Shown here: positions 17,008 to 27,000 of the stretch, one piece after another
Layout of the letters: every line of letters begins with the position of its first letter
How positions within the stretch are numbered: the stretch's first letter is position 1
Origin: Clostridia bacterium
GTDB taxonomy: Bacteria; Bacillota; Clostridia; Oscillospirales; CAG-272
DNA length: 54,382 bases
Reading direction: 5' to 3'
NCBI GenBank assembly: GCA_017646005.1
Contig: JAGCNJ010000075.1
Coordinates: 1 to 54,382 of the forward strand
Made by a program: the position numbers and the translations under genes
The notes under the pieces: model-generated
Seen by the model: the letters and a program-made list of their open reading frames with translations, nothing else
Told to the model about the DNA's origin: nothing
Databases searched by the model: none

Positions 17008-20000
17008 TTACTTTATCTTGATGAAGCCAAGATCCTTAACAGTGTAGTCTACACCGTCATACTTGACAGTTACATCAAAGCTGTTGAAGTTAAGAATGAA
17101 CTTAACGCCGTTTGAATAGGTTACGACTGCGATCTTACCCTCATCGGTAGTATACTTTGTTCTTACGTAGCCTTCAGTTTCTTCAACAGGCTTTTCTTCG
17201 GATGCAAGGTATTCTTCCTTATTAAGGGTTACCGTTTCAGGATTCTGACCGTTTCTGCGAGCCTCAAGCTTAAGTCTCTTGAGAGCCTTCTGATACTTAG
17301 CCTCATCTGCCTCAGCCTTTGCTTCAGCTGCTGCTTCTGCTTCGAGTCTGTCATCCTCTGCTTCTTCAGCAGTAGGAACACGCTCACCGAGTATAAACTC
17401 ATGATCATCGATCGTTGCGGTCTGACAGTCGTTTAACGCCTCGTTAACCGTATTGTATACGCTTACAAGGTCGTCGTACCAGATGTCAAAGCCAACCGAG
17501 TAGTACTTATTAAGATCCTCGGATTCCTTAAGAAGTCCTGTATTCTGCGCAGAAAGCACGAAATAGATTGAGGATCCGCTTTCGATAGACTTAAGTATCT
17601 GATAGTTGATATCGCCTGCCATATTCGTTGCTGTACCGGTAAAGGTCTTGTAGCCGTGAAGCACCATTCCCATAAACGGTACAGATTCGCTTGTGCTTAA
17701 ATAGTTACTCGAGTCAAGCGGTACGTTGAGATAGTAGTCAGCATAGCCGAGCGAATATGCATTGGCTGAATCTGAAAGTACGTTTTCGTAATCGGTCGAA
17801 GCCTTTTCAAAAACGTTCTTTGTAAGCTCCTTGGAATCCTCTCTGTTGTAAGGATCCTTCTTGTTGAAGTCCGAGTTAAGATCACTTCCGAGTGTAGACA
17901 GAGCCACGGAGGGATTTTCGAACTTGGAATAGTTATTTGTGAACTTATCGTAAAGTCTTTCAAAGGATTTGGGGGAGATTGCAAGCGTTGTTGTCTTTTC
18001 GTAGCTCTGGAGAGTCGAATCGTAATAACGCTTGGAGGTATAACGGTTATCCATGGTCTTTACAAGATCCTTGTTGGAAATACCGTCGGAATTTCCCGCC
18101 TTCTTGAAGTATACGAAATCGAAGTCGGGGAATACGAGTATTCCCTTTTCGTTTGCATACTCAAGGAATTCCTTAAAGCCGTTGTTTCCGCCAACCGACT
18201 TATCGAACTTGACCTTATAAGGAACTGTGGATACCATACCGCCGTTAGCAAAGCCTGTAAGCTTGAAGTTAATGTTGGTGATATCAGCCTCATTAAGCTT
18301 TTCGTTCATATTTACAAGGTCATCAAAGGTTGTAAGCTCTTCAAGAACTGTTACAGGAAGAGTTGCGATACGCTTGGTCGTTTCAACAGAACCGAAGGAT
18401 TCGATGAAGAGAGGAATATCCTTCTTTACGTCATCCTTGGTCATGGGGGAGATAACTCCTGTATCCTCAAGGTAATCACGGTAAGCGTGAGCCATTCCTA
18501 CCCAGCTTGCCTCGTACGTATCCTTTGCACCCTTTTCCTCTGCGACCTTTGCATCGTTGATCATAATGTACTTGATACGGTAGCTTCCCGTGTACTTACG
18601 GTCTGATACGATTGTATGGATAGCATTACCGCCGATCGAGATCGATTCGGAAAGGTTGTATGTATCCTTAGGTCTGGGAGCGAATGCTGTATACGCTGTG
18701 AAGTAATCGTGGAGAGTACCGCCGTTTTCAGCAGTAATGTTTGCAAGCGAGTCGCCCTCATTGATTATTGCGATAAAGCCGACTGCCGAAGGTGTTTCCT
18801 CAACGTAGGTTTTGGTTACCATCTGCTCTACGAGAGAGGAAAGTCCGGTTTCCTCATCAATAACCTCTACCTTATCAAGCTCCTCTACCTGATACTCTGT
18901 CTTTATCATATTGTTATGAACGACACCGTATACAGGCATATGCATGATCTCCTGGTGAGCACCGCTTACCTTCTGATAAGCGTAGTCCTGACCGTAGATC
19001 GTGTTGGTAAGAGTAATAGCCTCTCCGACGAACTGAGCGGGACGGATTATTGCACCGCTTCCGTCGGGGATAAGGATCTCACCGTCGTGCTCTGTTGTAC
19101 CTGCACCGAAATAGGGTAAGATCTTTACGTTTGTAAGCGAGTAAACGGTTTCGTCAAATCTGATACCGTTTGCAGGAAGTCTTACGTCAAGATTTCCGTC
19201 ATCGTCGATCGAGTACTCAAGAGCCATTCTGAACAAGGGGGGCGACTTTTCGCTTCCCTCATACTTGGTGAGCTCATGGTCTGCGTCGAGCATTTCAAAC
19301 GTATAGGAAGGAGCGTACTCCTTGATATAGTTTTCAAAGCGGTCCTTTTCCTTGGACGTTGCCTTCGGGTCGAATACGTAAACTGCCATTTCCTCTGTGA
19401 TAGGCCATGTGTTACGCATTTCTCTGAGCTGACGGTCTGTAAGACCTTCGCCCCACGGGTCCTTAAGCGAATAGTAAACGCTGAAGTCGAGCGCTACCTT
19501 ATCATCGGTCATATGAGCAAGGATGTTATTTTCAAAGCTTTCCTTTTCTATAAGGTAAGGCACCAGACGGCGTGTTACCTGCTCACCGATGATATATTCA
19601 ACACGGACACCGGATTTTGTTTTCTTAACCTTGATCTGATTTCTTACTGCAGCTGCGGAATAGCTGTCAAGGATCTTTTCAACGCCGTTTTCCTCATACG
19701 AAATGATGAGCTGGCTCATAAGCTGATTCTTGATATTATCCGAGCCTGCAGTGCTTGCAATATCATAGGGGTTGGAAAGGAGTATCTGCTCGGTTGCAGT
19801 ATCCTTGAAGGCAATCTCGCCCGAAACGCGGTCGATATAAAGCTGACTGCCATTCTTTTCAAGGATAAGCTCCATTGATTCAACCTTTTCGATCTCCGAA
19901 GCATTCTTTATCGAAAGATAATCGATCTCTTCCTCTTCAGCCGCAAACGCGGGAAGCGTTGCTACTGTGCAGATAATCAGCAGTAAGGAAAGAAATGCTG

Positions 20001-20022
20001 TAAGCTTTTTATTGAATTTCAT
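17008..20022 (-). CDS. secreted 1004-aa uncharacterised protein (I believe DUF5696-like); possible glycan-active enzyme
   Basis: Signal peptide MKFNKKLTAFLSLLLIICTVATLPAFA/AEEE. Motifs ILPYFGAG, ILIPDGSGAIIRP, MPVYGVV, FPDFDFV, VPFMGMVLHGY. Ala/Glu-rich linker (EAEAAAEAKAEADEAKYQKALKRLKLEARR) followed by a small C-terminal beta-rich module. SD AAGGAGGG. Confidence 0.8.
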   Translation of the reverse strand: MKFNKKLTAFLSLLLIICTVATLPAFAAEEEEIDYLSIKNASEIEKVESMELILEKNGSQLYIDRVSGEIAFKDTATEQILLSNPYDIASTAGSDNIKNQLMSQLIISYEENGVEKILDSYSAAAVRNQIKVKKTKSGVRVEYIIGEQVTRRLVPYLIEKESFENNILAHMTDDKVALDFSVYYSLKDPWGEGLTDRQLREMRNTWPITEEMAVYVFDPKATSKEKDRFENYIKEYAPSYTFEMLDADHELTKYEGSEKSPPLFRMALEYSIDDDGNLDVRLPANGIRFDETVYSLTNVKILPYFGAGTTEHDGEILIPDGSGAIIRPAQFVGEAITLTNTIYGQDYAYQKVSGAHQEIMHMPVYGVVHNNMIKTEYQVEELDKVEVIDEETGLSSLVEQMVTKTYVEETPSAVGFIAIINEGDSLANITAENGGTLHDYFTAYTAFAPRPKDTYNLSESISIGGNAIHTIVSDRKYTGSYRIKYIMINDAKVAEEKGAKDTYEASWVGMAHAYRDYLEDTGVISPMTKDDVKKDIPLFIESFGSVETTKRIATLPVTVLEELTTFDDLVNMNEKLNEADITNINFKLTGFANGGMVSTVPYKVKFDKSVGGNNGFKEFLEYANEKGILVFPDFDFVYFKKAGNSDGISNKDLVKTMDNRYTSKRYYDSTLQSYEKTTTLAISPKSFERLYDKFTNNYSKFENPSVALSTLGSDLNSDFNKKDPYNREDSKELTKNVFEKASTDYENVLSDSANAYSLGYADYYLNVPLDSSNYLSTSESVPFMGMVLHGYKTFTGTATNMAGDINYQILKSIESGSSIYFVLSAQNTGLLKESEDLNKYYSVGFDIWYDDLVSVYNTVNEALNDCQTATIDDHEFILGERVPTAEEAEDDRLEAEAAAEAKAEADEAKYQKALKRLKLEARRNGQNPETVTLNKEEYLASEEKPVEETEGYVRTKYTTDEGKIAVVTYSNGVKFILNFNSFDVTVKYDGVDYTVKDLGFIKIK

Positions 20023-20042
20023 AAATCATTTCCCTCCTTAAA

Positions 20043-22178
20043 TCAGAATCTGTACGCTATTTCCGTGATTATGTCTGCGATAAAGCTCATAATCTTGGTA
20101 AGAAGCGTTGAGAACAACAATGCTACGAACATGATTACAGCCATACCTACGATCGTACCGAGTGTGGTAAGAATGTTCTTGGAGAAGGTGTAATCGTGTG
20201 TTACCTGGGATGCGAAGAATATAAGCATTCCCGCCCAGACAAAGCCGATCGAAATAAGAAGGTTGATTATAAGTCCTTCGTTCTCGATAGCGAAGTTTGA
20301 ATAGATCGTCGCAGGTACGATGAACATTGCAAGAGGTGCAAGAGCATAGGAGGTTGCGATGAACACATCCTTGAAGCTTCCTTCACCGTCAAAGAGTGTT
20401 GTAAGACACCAGTTAGCGGTTGTCCAGAGTACAAGCGGTACTATTACGGAAATTATCTGAATGAATATTGTCGAATAGGTATCACGCGGATTGAAGATAT
20501 ATCCTGTACCTATTGACTGATAGAAGAATGCGAGAATTGTTACGATGATCCAGAAGAACGCGCCTCTGAGCGAGCCTCTCTGCTCATGCTTGAGATCCCA
20601 AAAGCCGTCGAACGGGTGGAAAATCAGGTGGAAGGTATAAAGTATCTCTTCCTTGAAGCTCTTGCGTCCAACCTTAAGCGCCGTCGCCTTATTGACCTTA
20701 CCTGCATACTTGAAAAAGAATACGATAAGAAGAATAAGGATCACTGCACCGATCGGGATAAGCACGAAGAACTTGGACATCCACTGAGTTCTGAGTTCCT
20801 TATAGGAATCAGAATAGTTCGTGGTATCGTAAGCCGACTTATAATATGTCAGCGATTCTTCGTAGTCAGCGCTTCTGTAAAGGCTCTTACCGATACCGAT
20901 ATACGCCGAGTCGAAGTTATTGTTTCTCTGAAGGATATCACGCCAGTAGTTGATCGTCTGGTCGTAATTTCTTTCATTTGTGTTCTTGATAGCCGAGATG
21001 AGGAGATCACCGTACTCTGTTCTTCTGAACTTGGTGATATTCATTGCGCTCTTATCAAGAACGAGGATATCGTCACCAAGGTAAGCAATCGCCTCGATCG
21101 AAGAGATGTTACCGAGCTGTGTACCCGAGTCACCGAAGATGTGAAGAAGGTTACCCTCATTATCATAAGTATAAACCTTGCTTCTCTTTTCGTCGATGAT
21201 CGACCATGTACCCTCAGGACCTACTGCAACGTCGATGATACGCGAAGCACCGGTGATAGTTGCTGTGGAAAGGTTAGATACGTTAACCTCACCGCCGGGT
21301 CCGAAGAAGCCGTTACGCTTCATTATATCGTTACCCTTGGTATTGAGAAGTTTTACAGGAGCATACTTACTTTCCTTGCTTGTAATAGCACCCTGCTGAG
21401 AGCTTTCGGCAATACTCGAGGTGGTAACGTAGATGAATCCGTTGGAATCCATCGTGATGTTGTTGTACTCTGTCGAAACGTAAGCCTGAGACTGAGCACG
21501 CTGTTCAGCGGTCATAAATCTTCTCCAGAAGATATCAAGCGCGCTGATCGAAACCTGCTGTGCGCCGACAAATCCCTGGAATATGCCGTCCTCATTGATA
21601 GCGATGACACCCATGTAGGTTGTGGACGATACTACGTAAATTCTTCCGTAATCGTCTACTGCTACCGCTACCGGCTTGTAGATAGAGCCTTCGGGGAAAA
21701 CGTCTGCGTCGGGCTCTTCTATAGTCTTATAGAAGCTGCCGTCAATGTTGAACATTACGATTCTCTTGTTATCTGTATCAGCAACGTAGATCTTGTCCTT
21801 TGCTACGAATACACCGGAGGGGCCGGCAAGAGAGTCGGGAACACCGTGTTCGTTTGTGAAGGTGCTTATTATGAACTTTACGTTGAAGAAGCTGTTCATA
21901 ACCACTACCTGGTTGGATGATCCGAGCACGAGATATACGTTTTTATCCTTATCAACGAACATATCTCTCGGGTCAACGATTTCAACGGGGTCTCCGTCGT
22001 AATAAATGTTTGTAGAATCAATGATTCTGTCCGGCACGTATGCATCAGGCGATACGAGAGCAAAGCCATCGATCGAATATGTGTACGTGCTGTAAGGAGT
22101 GATTGCGTTTACCGGGATGCTTCCGAGAAGCATTAAAAGACAAGCGGCAAAGGCAAGTATTCTTGCAAATTTTTTCAT
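20043..22178 (-). CDS. signal peptide + NHL-repeat beta-propeller + TPR-like segment + TM + C-terminal Yip1-type polytopic membrane domain
   Basis: 711 aa. NHL-like blades (IYVADTDNKRIVMFNIDGSF, RIYVVSSTTYMGVIAINEDG, VYTYDNEGNLLHIFGD, ILVLDKSAMNITKF). TPR-like YIGIGKSLYRSADYEESLTYYKSAY. TM FFVLIPIGAVILILLIVFFF. Then PFDGFWDLKHEQRGSLRGAFF plus about 5 TM, typical of Yip1 domains. SD AAGGAGG. Confidence 0.8.
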   Translation of the reverse strand: MKKFARILAFAACLLMLLGSIPVNAITPYSTYTYSIDGFALVSPDAYVPDRIIDSTNIYYDGDPVEIVDPRDMFVDKDKNVYLVLGSSNQVVVMNSFFNVKFIISTFTNEHGVPDSLAGPSGVFVAKDKIYVADTDNKRIVMFNIDGSFYKTIEEPDADVFPEGSIYKPVAVAVDDYGRIYVVSSTTYMGVIAINEDGIFQGFVGAQQVSISALDIFWRRFMTAEQRAQSQAYVSTEYNNITMDSNGFIYVTTSSIAESSQQGAITSKESKYAPVKLLNTKGNDIMKRNGFFGPGGEVNVSNLSTATITGASRIIDVAVGPEGTWSIIDEKRSKVYTYDNEGNLLHIFGDSGTQLGNISSIEAIAYLGDDILVLDKSAMNITKFRRTEYGDLLISAIKNTNERNYDQTINYWRDILQRNNNFDSAYIGIGKSLYRSADYEESLTYYKSAYDTTNYSDSYKELRTQWMSKFFVLIPIGAVILILLIVFFFKYAGKVNKATALKVGRKSFKEEILYTFHLIFHPFDGFWDLKHEQRGSLRGAFFWIIVTILAFFYQSIGTGYIFNPRDTYSTIFIQIISVIVPLVLWTTANWCLTTLFDGEGSFKDVFIATSYALAPLAMFIVPATIYSNFAIENEGLIINLLISIGFVWAGMLIFFASQVTHDYTFSKNILTTLGTIVGMAVIMFVALLFSTLLTKIMSFIADIITEIAYRF

Positions 22179-22192
22179 TATTCTTTACCTCC

Positions 22193-23065
22193 TTAGTCCT
22201 TCATACCCGAAGAGCCCATCGTTTCGATGATGTTACTCTGCGAAATTACGAATACCGTGATCGGAACGAGCATCATTACAACCGTAGAAGCCGCACCTGC
22301 ACCGGCACGCTGAATACCGCCGGCAAGGATCTGGCCGATAGCGTAGTTGAATGTCTTGAGCTGTTCGGACTGGATATATACCGAAGCACCTGTGTTCCAG
22401 AGCCCCTGGAAGCAGTAGATGATAAGTGTAAGCCATGCAGGCTTAACCATCGGCATCGCAATCGTTAAGAACGTATTAAACTCTGTTGAGCCGTCAAGTC
22501 TTGCAGACTCAAGAACGGCATCTGTGATGTTCGATTCCATAAACTGCTTCATAAGGTAAAGTCCAAGGCTCGTACACCAGGACGGAATAATGATAGCAAG
22601 ATATGTATCTACCCAATGGAGTGTACTCATCGTAATGAAGTTACAGATACCTGTTACGGTAGCGTGGAACATAAGCGAGAGGACAACCATCTGGAACATC
22701 CAGTTTCTGCCGGGGAACTTGATCTTCGAAAGCGCGTAAGCCGCGAGTGACGAAAGAATAAGGTTACCGGCTGTACCGAGTATCGAGATGAATACGGTAT
22801 TGAATATGTATCTTGAGAAAGGTACCCATGAGTCGCCCATAAGCTTAAAGAGGTCACCAAAGTTCTTAAGCGTAGGACTTATAACGTAGAAACGAGGGGG
22901 GAACATCCAAAGCTCGTCAAGGGGCTTGAGCGACTGCATAACGACGTAAAGCATCGGTAAGAACATGAACGCGCCCATTAATACGAGGAGGGTTGCAATG
23001 CCCGCGTCACCGCCTGCAGAGCGGTTAAGAACGACCTTATGTTTTCTCGTTCTGAGCTTAGCCAT
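22193..23065 (-). CDS. carbohydrate ABC transporter permease (MalG/CUT1 type), first pair
   Basis: EAA region LESARLDGSTEFNTFLTIAMPMV. ATG at 23065 preferred (GGTGG upstream, 1 nt after the upstream stop). The track ORF uses GTG at 23074. Confidence 0.9.
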   Translation of the reverse strand: MAKLRTRKHKVVLNRSAGGDAGIATLLVLMGAFMFLPMLYVVMQSLKPLDELWMFPPRFYVISPTLKNFGDLFKLMGDSWVPFSRYIFNTVFISILGTAGNLILSSLAAYALSKIKFPGRNWMFQMVVLSLMFHATVTGICNFITMSTLHWVDTYLAIIIPSWCTSLGLYLMKQFMESNITDAVLESARLDGSTEFNTFLTIAMPMVKPAWLTLIIYCFQGLWNTGASVYIQSEQLKTFNYAIGQILAGGIQRAGAGAASTVVMMLVPITVFVISQSNIIETMGSSGMKD

Positions 23066-23066
23066 C

Positions 23067-24020
23067 TTATTCACCCACCTTCGAAAGTAATTTTTTAATA
23101 ACCATATTAGCGCCGACCATTATCGCGAAGAGCACAACAGCGATAGCAGAGGAATAACCTACCTCAAAACGCTGTCCGCCGTAGTCTTCAAGATGGTGCA
23201 TGATTGTATGCGCTGCATAGTCAACAGACGGGAAGCCTGCAAGCGCTGTTACGACACCGCCAAAGCCGAACGAGCCTGTAATTGACATTACGGCACCGAA
23301 CATAAGCTGAGGACGCATCGTAGGAAGCGTTACGTACCAGAGCTCCTGCCATCTGTTTCTGATTCCGTCAACCGCCGCTGCCTCATAAAGGCTCTTGTCT
23401 ACGCCCTGGAGACCGGCGATAAAGGAAAGGAAGGATGTACCGAGCGAGGTCCAGAGAGCAACTACGATACAGAGACCCATAACGTATTCTGCGTTCTGGA
23501 ACCAGAGCACGGGGGCTGTTATGAAGCCAAGCTCCATAAGCCAAGCGTTAACGTAACCATAGGAGTCGCCCGAGAAGAGCACGCTCCAGATAAGGTATAC
23601 CGAGCCCGAAATACTCGGTGCATAGAAGATAAGAGTTACGATAGCTCTTATTCTGGGGGAAAGCTCGTTGATGAACCACGCAATAAAGAGTGACATCAAG
23701 TATGAAACCGGTCCTGTAATCGCAGCGAATACAAGTGTATTCTGACAAGCGATAAGGAAGATATCATCGTCAAGGAACAGTCTTATATAGTTATCCATGA
23801 AGATGAATTCCGGAAATTCGAGAAGATTGAATCTTGTAAAGCTCAAGACTATCGACATTCCGACAGGCAGGACTGTGAAGATGAAGAATAATATCATGAA
23901 GGGCGCGACCATCAGATAAGCGGTCTTGTTGCGCTTGATCTCCTTCATTGTCCACTGCCATTTTGTCATGTCTTTACGTGATACCGGCCTTTTTACCTCG
24001 GCCGCCGTATTCTGTGACAT
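23067..24020 (-). CDS. sugar ABC transporter permease (MalF/CUT1 type), first pair
   Basis: 317 aa, 6 TM. EAA region YEAAAVDGIRNRWQELWYVTLP. SD AAAGGAG. Confidence 0.9.
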   Translation of the reverse strand: MSQNTAAEVKRPVSRKDMTKWQWTMKEIKRNKTAYLMVAPFMILFFIFTVLPVGMSIVLSFTRFNLLEFPEFIFMDNYIRLFLDDDIFLIACQNTLVFAAITGPVSYLMSLFIAWFINELSPRIRAIVTLIFYAPSISGSVYLIWSVLFSGDSYGYVNAWLMELGFITAPVLWFQNAEYVMGLCIVVALWTSLGTSFLSFIAGLQGVDKSLYEAAAVDGIRNRWQELWYVTLPTMRPQLMFGAVMSITGSFGFGGVVTALAGFPSVDYAAHTIMHHLEDYGGQRFEVGYSSAIAVVLFAIMVGANMVIKKLLSKVGE

Positions 24021-24058
24021 GTGTTTTTCTCCTTTATATAATATATCTGTCAGTTAGC

Positions 24059-27000
24059 TTACTCTTTTGTACCTTCAGCCGCTTCTCTTGCGCGCTTTTC
24101 TGCAAGAGTTTCACCAAGCTCAAGCGTTTCGAGGTCGAACTCCTCACGCTTTCTTGTGATTTCCTTGTTGATGTCGTCGATATAACCGAGCAACGCTTCA
24201 ACAGGGTCAGCCGAGTTATTGTATGCGTCAAGGAACGCGAAGTTCGTATAACGCGCAATAATGTATCCGCCCGGATACTCAGGTACAGCAGAAAGACTCT
24301 TGAACTGTTCCATAATATTATTATAATCGCTGGTTGCCCACGGGAGCGATTCAAGTGCTTCGATGTTAGCGGTTGCGTACATCGCGCCCTGACCGATCGT
24401 TGCAACGACCTCGTTTGCGTAAGCAGCCTGAATATCAGCTGTTACAAACCAATCCATGAAGTCCCATGCCTTCTGCTTGGTTTCTTCATCCTTGATACCT
24501 GCCATCATCATCATAGGTGCAACTGCGGTAAGCGAATCGTTGTGGATCACACCGTTTTCATCCTCATATCCGAGAAGCGGTACGAATTCCCAAAGGTCGC
24601 GTATTTCTGTTGCGAAGATGGTAAGCTGGTTATAAGAGCCTACGTAATCCGAGAAGCCTAAAGGAAGCTCACCCGTTCTGAAACGGTTAGCAAAGTCATA
24701 GGTTACGGGGAAGCCGTAGTTTGTGAAGTATGAGCACATTGTATCGAATGCTTCAAGCGAAATGTTTGAATCGTATCCGATTCTCATACCGTCGTCCGCG
24801 TAAACCTCACCGCCCATCTGATAAAGAAGGAGGTTAAGTCCGCCTGACGATGACGGGATTCCGACTTCCATATTATTATATTGAAGGATCGGTACTATAG
24901 CCATAAGCTCATCCCAGGTGCGCGGGATATCGAGTCCGAGCTCTGCGAATACGTCCTTACGGTAGAACATCATAGAGAAGGACATCGTTTCCGGGATACC
25001 GTAGGTGTCGCCGTAAAGTGTAAGCGGAACCATAGCAGCCTTATCAAATCTCGAAACGACCTCGTCAAAGGTATCGAAATCATTAAGCTTTACTACCGCA
25101 TTACGGATCGCATACTGGATCGGGTCACCCTGACCGTTTGTAAGCGAGATAGCAGGTCCTGCGCCCGAAAGCGTTGCGGGAAGAAGTGTACCTGCCGCGA
25201 TAAGCTTAAGGTTTACACCGATATTCGTTTCGTTTGTGAACTTATTATCTATAAGTCCGCGTACTATCTGAGCCTGGTCACGACCGCCCGAGATCCATAC
25301 CTCAACGACGTCATCCTTATCGATCTCTCTTGTTGCACCGAGGTTACTGTAGTCGGTGAAGAAGCTGTTGAAGAAGGATGAAAGCTCATAGCCGGCAGAT
25401 TCAAGGAAGCTTGCCTTTGCCTTGGGCATACCCTTTTCATTATCAACAGGGCAGATCGAAATATAGTCAAAGTAAAGAGGCTGGTTCTGAGAGCTGTTGA
25501 TCCATGTACCGAGAGTACCGATATAGCTCTTCATTGTGGAAAGGTTTCTTGCAACCTCATCCTCATCTGTAGCCATCTTATAAAGTGTACGCGAAATATT
25601 TGCAAGCGACGCGGAGTTACTGCTCTTCTCGCCGCTTATTTCGACGAGCGTATCCGAAATACCTGTGAGCACCTGGCTTTGATTATAAAGGTCCTTGATT
25701 ATCTCGGGAATGAGGACGTTAAAGTTATAATCACGGTAAACGTCGGGGTCGGCACCTGTGATCTGGAGGATCTTAAGGTAATCCGAGTTCATCGAGCTCA
25801 TGGAGTTACTTGCTTCTTCGAGGATGTCGCCTACATGACCGAGGGCAACCTCAAATTTAAGCGTATATTCTTTACCTTCTTCAAAGTAGAACTGGAAAGT
25901 GGTATTGCCGTCTCCGAGAGGTGCTGCCTGCCACTCGTCGACATAGTTGAACTGGCAATAATTTGCCTCGTCAAAGGGTATTTCGTCGTTTATGTAAAGA
26001 CGACGTGTTACGTATATACCGCTGAGGTCGGACTGCTTGAAGCGAGGAGCAATGTAATAAAGACCGCTTTCCTCGCAGGTGAAGCTGTATTCAATCCACT
26101 GACCTACAGACTGCCACTTTGTACCGCCGATAGCGTTCATCTTCGTCTTAGCTGCATGCTGAGGCGAGGTGATGGCAGACGTTCTGTCGTTTACCGGGTA
26201 TATAGTTCTGTCGGAAACCGCATCGGGAAGCTCAGCTTCGATCTTAATAGCCTCGCCTGCCGCGGATGTGTAACCCTTCTTTGCGTATTCCTCGGTTACC
26301 TCAACATAGCTCTTTGCGCTCTCAAGCGGGAAGAATTCGATGGTCTTTACAACCATTTCATCTCTTGCCGCCTCAAGTGCAAAGGTATGCTCACCCTCGG
26401 TGAATACGATTTCGTAAGGATATACGTCATATCCTGTAGAGTCGTTGAAGGTGTAATATTTCCATTCGGGAGCCTCATAGAGGTTAGGCTTGATATCGTT
26501 TCCGTTGATATCGGTCTGGAAAACGAAGGAGCCGTCCTCTGCAACACGAAGTCCGTTTTCTGTTTCGGAAAGTGCCGTTTCGGGATCGAACACCGTGGAA
26601 ACCCAGTTCTTCGTGAGCGTGAGGTATCTGAGTCCCTTGAAGGGATACTCGCCGTCGATAAGGCACGCTCTTTCAATGGATGTCGATTTCTGATTGCCGG
26701 TAGAAGTGTAATAAATTCTTACAGCATATTTACCGGTCTTTTCGAAATTGACCTTCCAGGTTACCGAGCCGTCAGACGGAAGGAAGAGTGCTTCTCCGTC
26801 CTCGCCGTTATAGTCCTTGACGACCTCAACGGCAGCGTCGGTCAATTCTGCATCGTAATCGACCGCGTTAACCACAACTGTACTCGTTGCCTTGGGAACC
26901 CTTGCGTTTCTGGCGGTATATTCGGTATATGTAAGCGCATTGAGAAGCGCCTTTACTTCTTCAATGTCGTAGGACATAACCTTTTCCGCCGGTTGCTCGG

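Noticed and set aside
20586-21920. 444-aa ORF on the plus strand, the longest of several long antisense ORFs. The others are 25679-27052 (457 aa), 1259-1981, 6589-7233, 28539-29207, 31288-31917, 50667-51260 and 52504-53076.
   Set aside because: Each lies wholly antisense to a gene with strong motif support (NHL/Yip1 protein, SBP, EAL, pheS, nifS, response regulator, murF, ftsW). None has a convincing SD. Their translations are Cys/Arg/Val/Ile-rich and show no recognisable motifs. They are best explained by stop-codon depletion in the antisense frame of codon-biased genes.
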